Assembly (NCBI RefSeq): GCF_963921235.1
Contig: NC_086097.1
Location: 250,544,001-250,608,000 of the forward strand
Reading direction: 5' to 3'
Length of the DNA stretch: 64,000 nucleotides
Source of the DNA: Mobula hypostoma
Lineage: Eukaryota
Shown here: positions 62,005 to 64,000 of the stretch, one piece after another
How positions within the stretch are numbered: position 1 is the stretch's first letter
How the letters are laid out: each line of letters starts with the position of its first letter
Made by a program: the position numbers and the translations under genes
Notes under the pieces: model-generated
What the model saw: the letters and a program-made list of their open reading frames with translations, nothing else
Databases searched by the model: none
Told to the model about the DNA's origin: nothing

Positions 62005-62362
62005 AGCGCCATGGTGGTGTAGTGGTTGACAGAATGCTATTATAGCTCAGGGTATTCCGGAGTTTGGAGTTCAATTCCATCGCTGTCTGTAAGAAGAGTT
62101 GGTAATTCTCCCTTGTGACAGTGTTGGTTTCCTCTGGATGCTCCTCCCGCATGATCAGGCTAACGTTAACTAGGTGGGTTTCTGGGTGCTGTGGCTCATT
62201 CCACAGTGTTTAAATACATTAATAAAACAGCTCCACACAATTGTATTTCTAGTCTTGTATATTTTCAGACAAGGCGTGCTACGGCAGTGTAGCGGTTAGC
62301 GTTAACAATCTGCAGTGCTAGCAATCAGCGATTAGGGTCCAATTCCCACCACTGTCTGTAAG
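62005..62362 (+). mobile_element. Two adjacent tRNA-headed V-type SINE pieces
   Basis: GGTGGTGTAGTGG A-box-like, GAGTTCAATTCC B box and GGTTTCCTCTGGATGCTCC core; second head near 62275. Confidence 0.65.
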
Positions 62363-62363
62363 G

Positions 62364-64000
62364 AAACATAGAAACACAGAAAACCTACAGCACAATACAG
62401 GCCCTTTGGCCCACAATGCTGTGCCGAACATGTACTTACTTTAGAAATTACCTATGTTTACCCATAGCCCTCTATTTTTCTAAGTCCTCATGTACCTATC
62501 CAAGAGTCTCTCAGAAGACCCTTGTTACCGGCAGCCCTTCCACACACTCACCACTCTCTAAGTAAAAAACGTACCCCTGACATCTCCTCTGAACCTACTT
62601 CCACGCACCTTAAAACTGTGCCCTCTCGTGCTAGACATTTCAGCCCTGGGAAAAAGCTTCTGACTATCCACATGATCAATGCCCCTCATCATCTTATACA
62701 GCTCCATCAGGTCAACTCTCATCCTCCATCGCTCCAAGGAGAAAAGGCCAAGTTCACTCAAACTATTCTCATAAGGCATGCTCCCTAATCCAGGCAATAT
62801 CCTTATCCTCTGCACACTTTCTATGGTTTCCGCATCCTTCCTGTAGTGAGGTGACCAGAACTGAGCACAGTACTCCAAGTGGAATCAGACCAGGTTCTCT
62901 TACTTCTCGGCTCTTGAACTCAATCCCATGATTGATTGAGGCCAATGCATCATATGCCTTCTTAACCACAGAGTCAACCTGCGCAGCTGCTTTGAGTGTC
63001 CTATGGATTTGGACCCCAAGATCCCTCTGATCCTCCACACTGCCAAGAGTCTTACCATTAATACTATATTCTGCCATCATATTTGATCTACTGAAATGAA
63101 CCACCTCACACTTATCTGGGTTGAACTCCATCTGCCACTTCTCAGCCCAGTTTTTCATCCTATCAATGTCCCACTGTAACCTCTGACAGTCCTCCACACT
63201 ATCCACAACACCCCCCAGCCTTTGTGTCATCAGCAAATTTACTAACCCATCACTTCACTCCCTCATCCAGGTCATTCATAAAAATCACAAAAAGATGGGG
63301 TCCCAGAACAGATCCCTGAGGCACACCACTGGTCACTGATCTCCATGCAGAATATGACCGGACTACATCCACTCTTTGCTCTGTGTGGGCAAGCCAATTC
63401 TGGATACACAAAGCAAGGTCCCCTTGGATTCCATGCCTCCTTACTTTCTCAATAAGCCTTGCATGGGGTACCTTAGCAAATGCCTTGCTGAAATCCATAT
63501 ACACTACATCTACCGATCTACCTTCATGAACGTGTTTAGTCACATCCTCAAAAAATTCAATCAGGCTCATAAGGCACAACCTGCCTTTGACAAAGCCATG
63601 CTGACTATTCCTAATCATATTATGCCTCTCCAAATGTTCATAAATCCTGCCTCTAAGGATCTTCTCCATCGACTTACCAACCACTGAAGTAAGACTCACT
63701 GGTCTATAATTTCCTGGGCTATCTCTACTCCCTTTCTTGAATAAGGGAACAATATCCGCATCCTCCAATCCTCCAGAACCTCTCCCGTCTTCATTGATGA
63801 TGCAAAGATCATCGCCAGAGGCTCAGCAATCTCCTCCCTCACCTGCCACAGTATCGTGGGGTATATCTTGTCCAGTCCTGGCGACTTATCCAACTTGATG
63901 CTTTCCAAAAGCTCCAGCACATCCTCTTTCTTAATGTCTATATGCTCAAGCTTTTCAATCCACTGTAAGTCATCCCTACAATCGCCAATGTCCTTTTCCA
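62364..64000 (-). mobile_element. CR1 LINE RT region (cut by window end), frameshifted
   Basis: [30 protein letters not shown] and PQGSVLGP in ORFs spanning 62558-63920. Confidence 0.95.

Overview
Eukaryotic, repeat-saturated DNA with no prokaryotic genes, rRNA, true tRNA or CRISPR array. The repeat mix (CR1 LINEs with (CTATGTTT)n-type tails, V-domain SINEs, Neptune-like Penelope elements, Rex1/Babar, RTE) suggests a cartilaginous fish, probably a ray; this is an inference. Nearly all long ORFs are retrotransposon fragments or their antisense shadows. Main contents: about 20 CR1 pieces, including one full-length ancient copy (3248-12620) split by six nested insertions; a Penelope-like element (PLE) with an open RT-GIY-YIG frame (7882-9240) and a 14-bp TSD; many PLE terminal repeats carrying a minimal type I hammerhead ribozyme (HHR) motif; two copies of a 1.2-kb Charlie/Buster-type hAT with 8-bp TSDs that both carry the same captured CR1 tail; Tc1-like and hAT-like MITEs; tRNA-headed SINEs with RTE-derived bodies; and a probable solo LTR. 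The most interesting signal is the HHR set. Five separate short PLE inserts or arms begin almost exactly at the 5' edge of the ribozyme, two of them as inverted pairs. HHRs in PLEs are already known in general; the recurrent boundary is my own observation. A few short exon-like islands may belong to an unidentified host gene, but support is weak. Boundaries without a TSD or TIR are approximate.
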